A stretch of DNA of 64,000 nt from Balanoglossus misakiensis (GCA_040954595.2 CM082587.2:1579000-1642999), one strand, 5' to 3'. Counted from the stretch's first letter, positions 45,433 to 55,500 are shown. Made by a program: numbers and translations. Notes: a model not told the origin generated them from the sequence alone.

Positions 45433-45695
45433 CTTGACCTGGAAGAGAAAGAGAAATGTTTCAGTCATCAAGTTCCATATTGCCAACCTGCAAGCAATCC
45501 CTGCCAAAACTTAAACTTCACATGACCCCACCCCTAACCTTCAGTTGTCTTTTAGTTCACCATATTGAATTTAACAACAATTCACTTTTCACAGTTTGTA
45601 ACATATGCTTGAAGTGTGACTAGTGTTGTAATTACTGGGCAAACTTGTTAATTCATTTTCAATAGAAGTGTGAATGGGAACCCCATATTGTAATA

Positions 45696-45703
45696 CCACG
45701 TCA
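45696..45703 (-). promoter_or_regulatory. UPRE-like XBP1/CREB3 site TGACGTGG in HSPA5 intron 1
   Basis: CCACGTCAGCA on + is TGCTGACGTGG on -, an exact UPRE core. Confidence 0.5.
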
Positions 45704-46365
45704 GCATAGGGCACTGTTGGTTAATTTCATTCATGAAACTTACAAGCTGGCGTAGTAAGTAGCATGTCCTACTCTATAGAATTAAAACACTATCTCGAGA
45801 CGTATGATGGTCTTTCGCAACATCCGGCTGAAGTATTATTAATGATCGCCATAAGAATGATACGTGTAACGATTGCAATGGCCATCATGAAAAACAGGAG
45901 AAAGTCCTATTCGAAAACACTGTTCCTGCTCGACCCGGAAATGCCACTTATTTTCGAAAACTACCACTGCCCGAGAGTTCGGAAGGAATCGGGCAGTTTT
46001 AAAACACTAATCGCAAGCTTCACCATTACCAACCCTTGATATTCAGCAGTGATCTTCTGATCAGAAGCAGCCTGAAACTATTTTCAGACGACTTCCATCA
46101 TCTGATACAGCATATGATTCATGATGGAGCTTGGAATTGCTTGTCAATTTCACCAAATCAGCATTTGAAATTTTAGACTATATTAAACAAATACAATGAT
46201 CGTCATTTACCTTCTATGTTATTGTGCAGTAGACTTCTTCAGATGATTAAATTCTTACGGCAACTGTGATGTCAAATAACCGAATATTCTCGCCACGCTT
46301 ATGATAGTTAGCACGAATGTCAGCTGTACAACCAGTCACGTTGGTTTTAGGTCTAGCGATCTATT

Positions 46366-46417
46366 CGTGGCCTTTTCTGATTGGTTAAAAACCGGCTTGC
46401 TGGCTACCTCTGATTGG
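46366..46417 (-). promoter_or_regulatory. Tandem ER-stress response elements (ERSE) of the HSPA5 promoter
   Basis: 46384-46366 reads CCAAT-cagaaaagg-CCACG (perfect CCAAT-N9-CCACG). 46417-46399 reads CCAAT-cagaggtag-CCAGC (near consensus). Confidence 0.88.
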
Positions 46418-47621
46418 TCAGAAGTAATCACATGGTAGAAAAAGGTGGCCTTTCCGAGAGAGTACACGTCACTTTTCAAATGGCCTCGGATATTCCGGAA
46501 GTGTACGATAATACCCGACCACCCACAAATGACAGAGTATTTTTATTTACTTTCAGAATACTGCCCTTAAACATTTACGCGAATCGTACAATTTCTCAGA
46601 TCTTCAGCTTTAAAGTGAAAAATCCAACATTACTGATCGGCTGCTCTTTACCGAGAAAATGCGTTCCATCGGCTGCTCGGATCGGAAACATGTATTTGTA
46701 ACACGATGCATGGATTGGCTCGATTTTGGTAACCTTTCAAGCTCAAAAGTCGACTTTTATCGGTTTAAACACCTATTCCTGACCAGAATACGACTAGAAG
46801 TTGACTGTGGACAAATTTTCTTTGTAAAAAAATACCCCTCTCCCTGTTTGCCAAATGACTAAATTATGCAGATTATGACTTTTGACCCCGAGAAGGACAT
46901 ATAAGGTTGTGCGTGCCAAGACATCGTTCATTTCAGTTCAATCACTTGGGCGTTTGGTAAGTGGGGAGACCTCGTGTCGACAATTTGAGACTTGCTCGCA
47001 TGACGGTAAACTTGTACGAGATCGAGATCGCACAACGTTTGCTGGTAAACAGTTATTCTCAGATGCAACGCAATGCATCAACTTCTCCGCATATTTTTGC
47101 GTGCATGCGTTGAGAAACTGGCATGGTCATGCGCTATGCGCACGTGGGAGCAGTCGAGTTGTATCAACCCTGATCAGTTCATCCGCGTGTTAGCCGCGAT
47201 AAATTGTTTTCTTACGAGAAAATATGTTGCTACTCTTGTAAAATGTCTTTCCCAAGTTGGCTGATTAATTTTGATGGAGAACTCTCCCCCATTTGAAGTG
47301 GATGGGAACCGATTTCTACGATGCCATGCCTGCGTTTCAATCATGATGGACGCCGGGTGAAAAGTACACAGTCAATTTACATGATGATCATGTATGCATT
47401 TCCCTCGCTCGATCAGTTTGACATTTACTTAACAGAAAGAAGCCAAATTCATAATTTGCCCTTAACTTTACACCCTTTTTTGCTTATTAATATAAGCAAT
47501 AATGTTTTTTTGAAATGATTGAAAACCAATGTTACCTGTGTACATATCCTGCATGCGTGCGCATAACTTGAAACAGGCGTTCAGCGGAACACGTGGTGAT
47601 GAAATGCACACATTTACACTA

Positions 47622-47704
47622 CCATGTATTTATGATGAAACCTGATAGGGACAAATGAATATGATGATTATTCACTATTGGATCGATAGGACTGAAATAC
47701 ATGG
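47622..47704 (+). ncRNA. SNORD74: Box C/D snoRNA, SNORD74 (U74)-like
   Basis: 10-bp terminal stem CCATGTATTT/AAATACATGG; C ATGATGA 47632; D' guide GATAGGGACA-a-ATGA in the same register as human U74 GGTAGGGACA-t-CTGA; C' 47661; D CTGA 47692. Confidence 0.8.
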
Positions 47705-47891
47705 AATTGTAATTCTTTGTATCTATAAAAACTGTCAGACATGTATGATGAAACTAATATATTTAAACTTCTTGCTCCCGCAGAAGAAGAGTATGGAGAT
47801 CCAAAGAAGAGGAAATCTGCAATTAAGATCATGTAAATATCAAAATTTTACAAAATGACTATTTTATTAAATTACTGAAGTAAAATAATCA

Positions 47892-47992
47892 AATGTTGCA
47901 CATATGATGATTCTCAGATTAGGGACATAAGACAAAACCATGGTTAGTTCCATTAATTAAATGGGACATAGGACGGTCTGAAGTGTCGCATT
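47892..47992 (+). ncRNA. Box C/D snoRNA, possible diverged U74 paralog
   Basis: C ATGATGA 47904, D CTGA 47978, imperfect terminal stem. Contains TAGGGACA like the preceding snoRNA and sits at the expected intronic position. Confidence 0.55.
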
Positions 47993-48439
47993 GGACAATT
48001 TTTGATGTTGATTGTTGTTAAGTAGATGTCATATATTGAACTTGTCTTTTTTTGTCAGGTGAATTTGCATCTTCCTGTATAACTTACCCAGAGGAGTGAA
48101 AAAGAAAGGTAAGGTTGGTTGCATTTTTATGGAGGATAAAAAAATCCTACATCACAGTGGAACATTTCATTCAGAAACATGTGCCACACAGCTGGCAACT
48201 GCTAAGATCAGTCAGTCAGCTGGTGTTATTGTTTTGAAATATGATGTGGCCCTAATGAGCTGGCCAATCACAGATCGACAAGTTTTTATAAAGCGAATTG
48301 CAACACTTATAGACATAAAACTATTTTCTAAAAATACTTTAAATTGCTGAGCCCTAAATAGAAATGTGCAGGTTTGATAACTGTATTGGCCTTTTATTGT
48401 ACAAAAATATGGTTTGGCAATATTAGTGAATGGTCTTCC

Positions 48440-48518
48440 TTATGCCAATGATGTGAACTTTTATTTGCTACTCCTGAAAGTGTAATGACGACAAACCACC
48501 AAGATCTCTGAGGCATAA
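48440..48518 (+). ncRNA. Box C/D snoRNA, U76/U24 family (dual guide)
   Basis: Stem TTATGCC/GGCATAA; C ATGATGT; D' guide TATTTGCTACTC-CTGA (U76 register); C' ATGACGA; D guide CCACCAAGATCT-CTGA (U24 register). Confidence 0.9.
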
Positions 48519-48735
48519 TGGTTACTCAGTTGATTCTTCTCTGAATTTGTCAAAGTTGAAGTTACTGATAACCGTTTACTTAATTTACAGGATGTTGACA
48601 TGCATTCCATAGTTGATGGACGCTGTTGTCATACAATCGTAAGTTGTTTTCATAATTTTCTCCCTACGTGCCCTATAATTCTCTGTATGTTCCTAGATAT
48701 ATGTGACATAGGTTCCTTGTATGCAAATTTTTTCC

Positions 48736-48826
48736 GAGGCATTCCAGTGATGATAATGTTTGAGTGATCCATCTGATTTGCTTGCAAAACTGATGACAAC
48801 TCTTGGTCCTATCTGATGTATGCCTT
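48736..48826 (+). ncRNA. Box C/D snoRNA, family unassigned (D' guide complementary to 5.8S rRNA 5' region)
   Basis: Stem GAGGCAT/ATGCCTT; C GTGATGA 48747; D' CTGA 48773 preceded by GAGTGATCCA; C' CTGATGA; D CTGA 48813. Confidence 0.82.
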
Positions 48827-49050
48827 GTGTCAAATAATCGGACCATCAAATACTGGTCAGTTGAACGTTTTGATTAACCAAAGTATTTTCAATTTGCAGA
48901 TTGTCCACAAGATCGATATACATGAGGAGAGATGGAGATTAGGTAGGTTTTCATCTGTTGCAGTAGAAATTTCTTGTATTCCAGAAGCATTTTTTGTCTG
49001 GCCAAATCACAACTGTAGGGGAACTATCCAAGCCATGCATTGTTAAAAAT

Positions 49051-49131
49051 ATAACCAATGATGTCTATATACCAAGCCTTCAAGGTTCTGAATAATATTG
49101 TTGAAATTATTCCCAGGTATTCTGAGGTTAT
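49051..49131 (+). ncRNA. Box C/D snoRNA, family unassigned
   Basis: Stem ATAACC/GGTTAT; C ATGATGT 49058; D' CTGA 49088 after CTTCAAGGTT; D CTGA 49122. Confidence 0.78.
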
Positions 49132-49283
49132 CATTCATACGGCATATGTTATTATTTCTATTGATTAATATGCTAATTGCTCCTTCCTTCCATTTTACAG
49201 AATGCCGACTTTCCATGGAAACGGCTTTACAGGTATGGAGTTTAGTATATTATTGCTTATGTCTGTAAAGTCGATCATTTGGC

Positions 49284-49368
49284 ACCGTCAATGATGCTAC
49301 TCGTTGTCTTCAAGGTTCACTGAATCACAGTGTTGAAAAACACAATTAGCGGATTCCTCTGAGACGGT
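49284..49368 (+). ncRNA. Box C/D snoRNA, family unassigned (D guide complementary to 28S GGAAUCCGCUAA)
   Basis: Stem ACCGTC/GACGGT; C ATGATGC 49291; D' CTGA 49320 after CTTCAAGGTTCA; D guide TTAGCGGATTCC-t-CTGA 49359. Confidence 0.85.
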
Positions 49369-49647
49369 TTGCGTGATTTGAAAAAAAAATAAAAGTATAT
49401 ATAAAGCCATTTGATGATAACATTGCAAATGTTTGAGGTCAAGGTAAAGTTCAGCATTTTAATACTTTTTTATGATTTAATTTATAGTGAATGGAGACGG
49501 TATTGCTGATTTTTACCTAGACAGTGATGCAGGATGGGACAAGTGCTCTCTCCTAAGTAAGTGAACTCGTGGAAACCAGAACTTTTCCTTCACCACTGCA
49601 GACCATTGACGCCCCAGTCCATACATGAAGATTATAGAAATATTTGT

Positions 49648-49739
49648 CAAGCTCTCAATGATGACTGCATAGTTCAGCTGATTATAAAAATGACGAATAA
49701 CTAGCTTCTTGTCTTTCGCTCCTATCTGAGATGAGCTTG
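49648..49739 (+). ncRNA. SNORD80: Box C/D snoRNA, SNORD80/77 (snR60)-like
   Basis: C ATGATGA 49658; D' guide GCATAGTTCAG-CTGA; C' ATGACGA; D guide GTCTTTCGCTCCTAT-CTGA. Both guides match human U80 as I recall it. Confidence 0.9.
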
Positions 49740-49935
49740 GTAAAATAAAGTCATGACAAATTTCAATCGGTCTCTTCAACTCTGACTAAAACCCTTTTTC
49801 TGTGTACATTTCAGTTAAGTTTACCCATTCTGAAGTACTGAAATCTAACTGGTAAGTTGAAGTTCTTCTCGCACCTTTTCCTGAATTTGCTAGTATTGGC
49901 TTCAAGTTTTCCCCAAAACAGTGAAAAACTTGGAG

Positions 49936-50034
49936 AGTCTTGTGATGAGAAAAATATGATGCTGATCTTGCATATGATGGCTGGAGTTGCATATATTGTA
50001 ACTTCAGTATCACTATTAGCTCTAACTGAAGACT
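49936..50034 (+). ncRNA. SNORD44: Box C/D snoRNA, SNORD44 (U44)-like
   Basis: Stem AGTCT/AGACT; C GTGATGA 49942; D guide ATTAGCTCTAA-CTGA as in human U44; internal hairpin 49981-50007. Confidence 0.87.
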
Positions 50035-50243
50035 GGAGAATACGTGGAGCTGTGGACAGAAGTTCAAAGCTGTGAATTTAACAAGAATGAAATTTGACTT
50101 GGTTTGTGTATTTTTATTGGCAGGTGACAAGTAAAAGAAATCGGAGATGAGATGGACTTGAAAGTTTCACTGACAAAGGTATAAGAATAGTTGCATTTTC
50201 AGCGTTCGTATCTTACCATAATGAACTTGAATCATAACATCTG

Positions 50244-50333
50244 GCATCACCAATGATGTTCAACAACTAATTCTGCCAATATGAATATGCCCGTGAAATG
50301 AACTTTTTTTAACCGTTCAGTCTGAGATGATGC
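50244..50333 (+). ncRNA. Box C/D snoRNA, SNORD47-like copy A
   Basis: Stem GCATCA/TGATGC; C ATGATGT 50253; D' guide AATTCTGCCAAT-ATGA; ACCGTTC before D CTGA 50322. Confidence 0.82.
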
Positions 50334-50498
50334 TTAGACCATTCATATATAGACTGACCCGAACTTGTTTTGCGAGATGTTGTAACCATTTTCTTCCTTG
50401 TCTCTATAGGCCTACATTTCCAGTGATTCTGGAGTCTTAAAAGGTGAGCTCACAATATTAACCAGACAAATGGGAAGGTAGTGGACTTGCCATAATAA

Positions 50499-50574
50499 GA
50501 CACCAATGATGAACACCTAATTCTGCCAAATGATTTTCCGGTGATATGAAACTTCCGTTCTTTTCTGAGGTGTC
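50499..50574 (+). ncRNA. SNORD47: Box C/D snoRNA, SNORD47 (U47)-like copy B
   Basis: Stem GACACC/GGTGTC; C ATGATGA 50506; D' guide ATTCTGCCAA-ATGA in the human U47 register; C' GTGATAT; CCGTTC; D CTGA 50565. Confidence 0.87.
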
Positions 50575-50802
50575 AACTTCGCAATGTATAAAATATGGTC
50601 ATTTTATGTTCTTTGCTACAAGTTTCCTGTATGTGGGCTGCCTTTCCTATACCACTCATTTCATGTTGACTGTATCACTTACAGGGTTATATGAAAGATG
50701 AATGGACAGAGATGGCCAGTCACAACCAAGAGTTGGCAGTTTGACAGACGTGTCAGGTATGTGTAAAACAAATTACATCCTTTGGCAGAATGGTGAAAGG
50801 TT

Positions 50803-50889
50803 CAATGTGGATGATGCCAACTCTATTTGTGGGAATCTCTCTGAATAACAACTGAAGAGATCACAATACAAATATTTCTGACACCATTG
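50803..50889 (+). ncRNA. SNORD79: Box C/D snoRNA, SNORD79 (U79)-like
   Basis: Flanking CAATG/CATTG stem; C ATGATGC 50811; D' guide TGGGAATCTCT-CTGA as in U79; D CTGA 50878. Confidence 0.86.
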
Positions 50890-51058
50890 TCTTTTCTTGG
50901 TGTTGATAAATTCTGACTCTTCATGACTACAAGTTAATAAAGTTGTCTGTATACTTTGCAGGTGTTGTTGTTAACCATAGATGTCACCAAGCCATCATGA
51001 GCTCAACTATTCAGGTTAGTAAGATTGTCAATTCTGAAAAAAGGCATATGAATGTTTT

Positions 51059-51126
51059 TGCAAAATGATGAAATGATTTGAACTCTCTCACTGATGTTCC
51101 ATGAAGTCAAATCAAGATCTGATGCA
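51059..51126 (+). ncRNA. SNORD81: Box C/D snoRNA, SNORD81 (U81)-like
   Basis: Stem TGCA/TGCA; C ATGATGA 51065; D' guide TTGAACTCTCTCA-CTGA as in U81; D CTGA 51119. It lies in the last intron, as in GAS5. Confidence 0.87.
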
Positions 51127-51504
51127 TCTGTTGTCCTCATCACATGTCCATGCTGCACCCCCAATCATGAAACGTAACGTCACTGAATTTCTACATGGTT
51201 TTGTTCCTTTGCAGATGCAGCCCATGGTGCTACAGATCTCCAAGCTGTATTTTATCGATTTGTCATGTACTTTATTGAATATTGATATACAAAAATAAAA
51301 CTACTACAAATGTATATAATGTCTTGTTTATAACAATGCACACACATGCAGCTGCTAGTATGAGCCAGCAATGCAGATTTGAAATAAATTCTGCCAACTG
51401 TAAAAATAATTTAATGACTAGAAGTTGGGCACTCAAAATATGCTAACAAGTAGTCTGGCCGTTGTTTGACCTGGCATTACACTGAAGAATATTTAAGTTG
51501 ACCG

Positions 51505-54184
51505 TCAGTCGTATTCGTGAATTTCTAACTGATCAATCATCTGTACCTGAAGTTCCTCTCTGCATTCACTGTACAATCTCTTGAGTTGCTTTGTGAGTGG
51601 ATGTGATATGCCATGGGTAATGTGGATGATGTCCTTTGCCTGAAATATAAGAAGAGAAATAATCATATAGACGGATATCTATGCATGTGTGGTGACAATA
51701 TCTGGAGTTATGAACAATATCTGATTGTCAAATGACAAGTTTTGCAGGACAAAATTCATACCTGTTGCAGAGATTTTTCTGCATCTTGTAAATGCGAGAG
51801 ATAGAGTTGTAGTTTACCAATTCTGATGAGTTGTACACCAACGATAGGATGACAGGTTGGGTAGTGTAATCTGTGTGGTTGGATAAAGTGAGACAATGTT
51901 CAGTAAACTGTATAGCGACAAGAACAAAACCTCAGCTTGTTCAACTTGTGATGAATTCTATACTGCCTTGCCTGTATGGTAACAGAGTCTCCATGCCATA
52001 TTTCAGAGCTGATTGCCATTTCAGTAAATCTATGCATGCATCCATGGCTCTGTCTAGTATCTGTACTCTGTAGATGTTGTACTCGTGTAGAACTCCCTCA
52101 CAGCATTTCAGACAGTCCTCACACAGCTGTAGAATCTTTTTGGCATCTGAGAAGTGGTCAAGGAACAATATCGCCCTGCCTGTGACAGGAGGCTTGCACA
52201 TAGACCAAACAGATATCTCACTTACACATTGTAAATGCATATATATTTCCTGAGAACATGTCTTTAATAATGACAGAAATAAACCATAATAGAGTAAGAT
52301 GTAATTTCCATCCTGCATAGCACACACAACAGAGAAAGGATACTTTGCTGTTTTCTGGCAGTTTCAATCAACATCAGAGTGTCTTTGATCTTCTCTACAA
52401 CTTCTGTGGCTCTTTTACCGAGTGACATCTCAAGGCAACTTCCACATCCTTTGCAAGGCAATAACCCACCTGAATCATCTGGTAAAACAATCTCAGTACA
52501 ATTGGCTTTGCTGCACTGCACTGCTAGTTTTATTTTATCCTGTGGAAGTAAAATGAGATTACTCATGAGTAAAGTATGTATGTTACATTCCTTATAGTCC
52601 TGCAGTGGTGACCGTGAAATTTCTAACTTTGCATCCATGCAAAATGGCTTTCCTGGTCTCACCTTATCAACATTCTGACAGACTTTGCAGTCACAATCAA
52701 AGTAATACTGTTCTTTTAACGCCTGCTTTCTCTCCGGTGTACGGGACATCACTTCAATGTAACTTATAAGACACTAGAGAGAGAAGAAAAATACAAGATT
52801 AAATTAGTGTCCATGAACAGACAAAGGGACAACTGTTTAACTGAAGATTCTAATCATTACCTCTTCTCCTTGCTGCAACTGCCTGACACTTCTGATTTGA
52901 ATTCCGGTGCCGGTGAACACAGCCACACAGTTTGCATCACAACTATGGTTCAAAAGGGATACACTGGAATGAAGAAAGAAGAAAATAATACTCTGAGGTG
53001 ATATGTGTATAAGAAAACTGATACTGTTGACACTTACATGAATTTTTCAAGACGTAGACCAAACATTTCACACTGACCTGGGATAAATTGCCACTCCAAT
53101 AGGTCTCATTTCAGCATCACAAACTGAAAAGCTATTGGACACCATTCTTCCAAATATGGCCAATAGGTTAGGTGAAAGGTCATTCAGTACTTCCTCTTCC
53201 ACACACTGTTCCAACACAAACATCATTTGCGTGAACTGTTGTTTCTTTTCTTCAGACAGCTCATCAGCATCTACAATGAGAGAGATTTACAGTCACAATC
53301 AAGATTCAGTTAACAGTTATTAGTTTGTACTAACTCAGTAGTTGTTGTTTTTTCAGGATGTTATTAAAGGCTTGAAAAGAACATGTCTTACGTGATTGAA
53401 GAAACTGAAAAGCTTCAACTTTCTTTTTAGTTTCTTCATCTCTGGCAGAATCCCTGACCTGAAAGTGATGAGAAGGTGAAAGAAGTAGAGAAGATGCATT
53501 AATTGAAGAAAAGGGGAAATTTCTGTATCACCATGGGAGCATTTTTTTCTATATAGACAGAGAATATGGACATACCTTATGTAGAAGTCTTGCTACAAGT
53601 CTAACACTATCTGTTGGTACTCTAGGTGCTACAGCTTTCAGTGAGTTGCATTCTGCTTTATGATCCAACCAGGCCAACCTCTGTAATTAAAGCACAGTGC
53701 AGTTAGCTGTCATTTAGAATTGCTTTATCCCAAGAAAAGATTAATTACCATGATTCATGCATGATTGGTATACACTACGTATAGTATGTAAGAGTGACTC
53801 ATAGAATGAAACGTGAGAATAGATTCCTACCTGACATTTTACATTACAGTACCGTGCAAATTTACAACTTGAGCATCGCAAAAGATTTTCTCGGCTGAAG
53901 AGAAAATGTAGAAAGCGAAAGTACGTAACAACTTGGCATGATAAACATGAGAAACAATGTTTACATTTGTGTACAGAAGATAACATGCACACTGTACTGA
54001 TCATGTAAGAAGTTAGGATTTACCTGTCGAAACAGTGATCGCATCGTTTACCGCGTTCATTATTGCACAGGACATAGACAAATGGTTTAGCCTGCAGTAT
54101 CAGCTCTCCAGGCTTCACTTCGGTTGTTGTTCTGTAACCACGTCCTCTGTGATCGGACACGAAGATTTCAATGTTCGCCGCCAT
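51505..54184 (-). CDS. SMYD3: SET and MYND domain lysine methyltransferase (SMYD3-like), ~11 exons
   Basis: MAANIEIFVSDHRGRGYRT...PGELIL...CDHCF; MYND cysteines (RCSSCKFARYCNVKCQ, HKAEC); SET motif LLNHSCDANC; post-SET QYYFDCDCKVC; C-terminal HPIVGVQLIRIGKL and ITHG..HPL. Stop TGA at 51505. Confidence 0.93.
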
Positions 54185-54763
54185 GTTTGATATTTAACAA
54201 AAATGCTCCCCTATCTTTACCAAAATAGTTACATGATGTGTTCACATTGTAGAAAATCAAGCCGCTTAGGGAGCCTCTTTGCTCATTTCTTTATACATGT
54301 AACTGTTCTTTGTTTACAAGGATGATAATGATGTTGTTGTTGTTGATGATGATGACTGTTAAAAGCGTTCCTGAAAGGACAACTGCGACTATATTTACTT
54401 AAAATAAATTAAAAACAATGCGATGTGACAGTATTAATAAAATGTTTTATTTCAAGAATAATCACAGCGAAATGCACTTTTACTCTCACATACATTACAC
54501 CATTCCTACACATACTTGTCTATGTTCCATCATTTTCAAGAGACCTTTGGTGATACAATGACAGCACTGATCAATATCACATTGCAAAGACACGTGGGTG
54601 GAACAGACTTTAATGTAATGATGCTGTGGGTTTGATCCCTTGCATGAGCATCTTCTCAACAAGTGTCAATATGTACTATACGTAGTACACACAATGGGTT
54701 TGTTTAGCCATATCTTTGCCTTGGCAGTTGAAGTCTATAAACATATAGTTCTGTCGGTTGATG

Positions 54764-55429
54764 CTATTTGTATCTTGATGTATAATACTCCTCTTCCACT
54801 TCATACAGATCAACGACTACTTCATCTCTCAACTGCATTAACTTGCGGTCATAATCTGTCTGTGTAGCTTTCAAATACTGAGTCCTTTGAGCAATAGATT
54901 CATTGACAGATGGAAAGTCATTCAGAATTAGAAATTGTTTAATATCTGCAGTCAGCTTCATTAGTGATTCTCCTGCCCGCACCTGAGAAAAAAATAGAAA
55001 AATTATATTTAGTCCATATTACAATGTTTATGAGAATAATGAATATGAATCAAGAGTTAATTGTATGTGTAATTCACCAGTTACTTACAATATTGGATGC
55101 TCGGACATGAATCTCATTGTGTTCCTGTTCTGCCTGTGTGAATCGAGACACTTGCGTCTCTTCTTCAACCTGTGCAAAGGAACCATGATAGAAACAGGTC
55201 AGCAACATACAGGTCATTTTATTGAAATATTCCAAAGCTGCATCTCCACAGTTTGCATCACCCTAAGATCGCTAACTGGAACTGTAAGCGGCGCTTAACT
55301 CACCTTTCCTAATTTCACTATTTCTGTGAAGTTATCCAGCATTGATTTGACATCGTCTTTCAGTCTCTTGTTGTAAGACTTCAGCAAATTGTCTTTACTT
55401 TGTGACATGGTACGCTGTGAAGCTGCCAT
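54764..55429 (-). CDS. MED22: Mediator subunit 22 (Surfeit 5), 3 coding exons, 141 aa
   Basis: Exons 55429-55304 ([31 protein letters not shown]), 55169-55089 (EIHVRASNI) and 54982-54764 ([28 protein letters not shown]...EEEYYTS). Confidence 0.96.
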
Positions 55430-55500
55430 ATTTGTTTACTGAAAATAAATCAAAAATAAAATAAGTTCCATGAATTACTACTACTGTCCCACAACTGTTA

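Larger units (their letters stand above)
46929..51320 (+). ncRNA. Multi-intron non-coding snoRNA host gene, probable GAS5 ortholog
   Basis: CATATAAG at ~46898, an Inr-like TCAGTT and a first donor TTG|GTAAGT at 46956. Short AG..GT exons without a continuous ORF: 47784-47832, 48059-48108, 48591-48638, 48900-48942, 49201-49232, 49407-49443, 49521-49556, 49815-49851, 50124-50178, 50410-50443, 50685-50756, 50962-51014 and 51215-~51320 (AATAAA 51294). Most introns hold one C/D snoRNA about 40-110 nt upstream of the acceptor. Confidence 0.88.

Noticed and set aside
45764-47264. ORFs in the HSPA5 intron/promoter and host-gene intron 1
   Set aside because: No protein signatures; they arise from the GC-richer promoter composition.
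48241-48350. ATGATGT...CTGA as a thirteenth snoRNA in the host gene
   Set aside because: No clear terminal stem, internal boxes or recognisable guide, and it appears to share an intron with the U76/U24 snoRNA. At most a decayed copy.
47600-51130. Regularly spaced TGATGA/CTGA motifs as a CRISPR-like or tandem repeat array
   Set aside because: The context is eukaryotic, and the recurring words are C/D boxes separated by spliced exons, not identical direct repeats.
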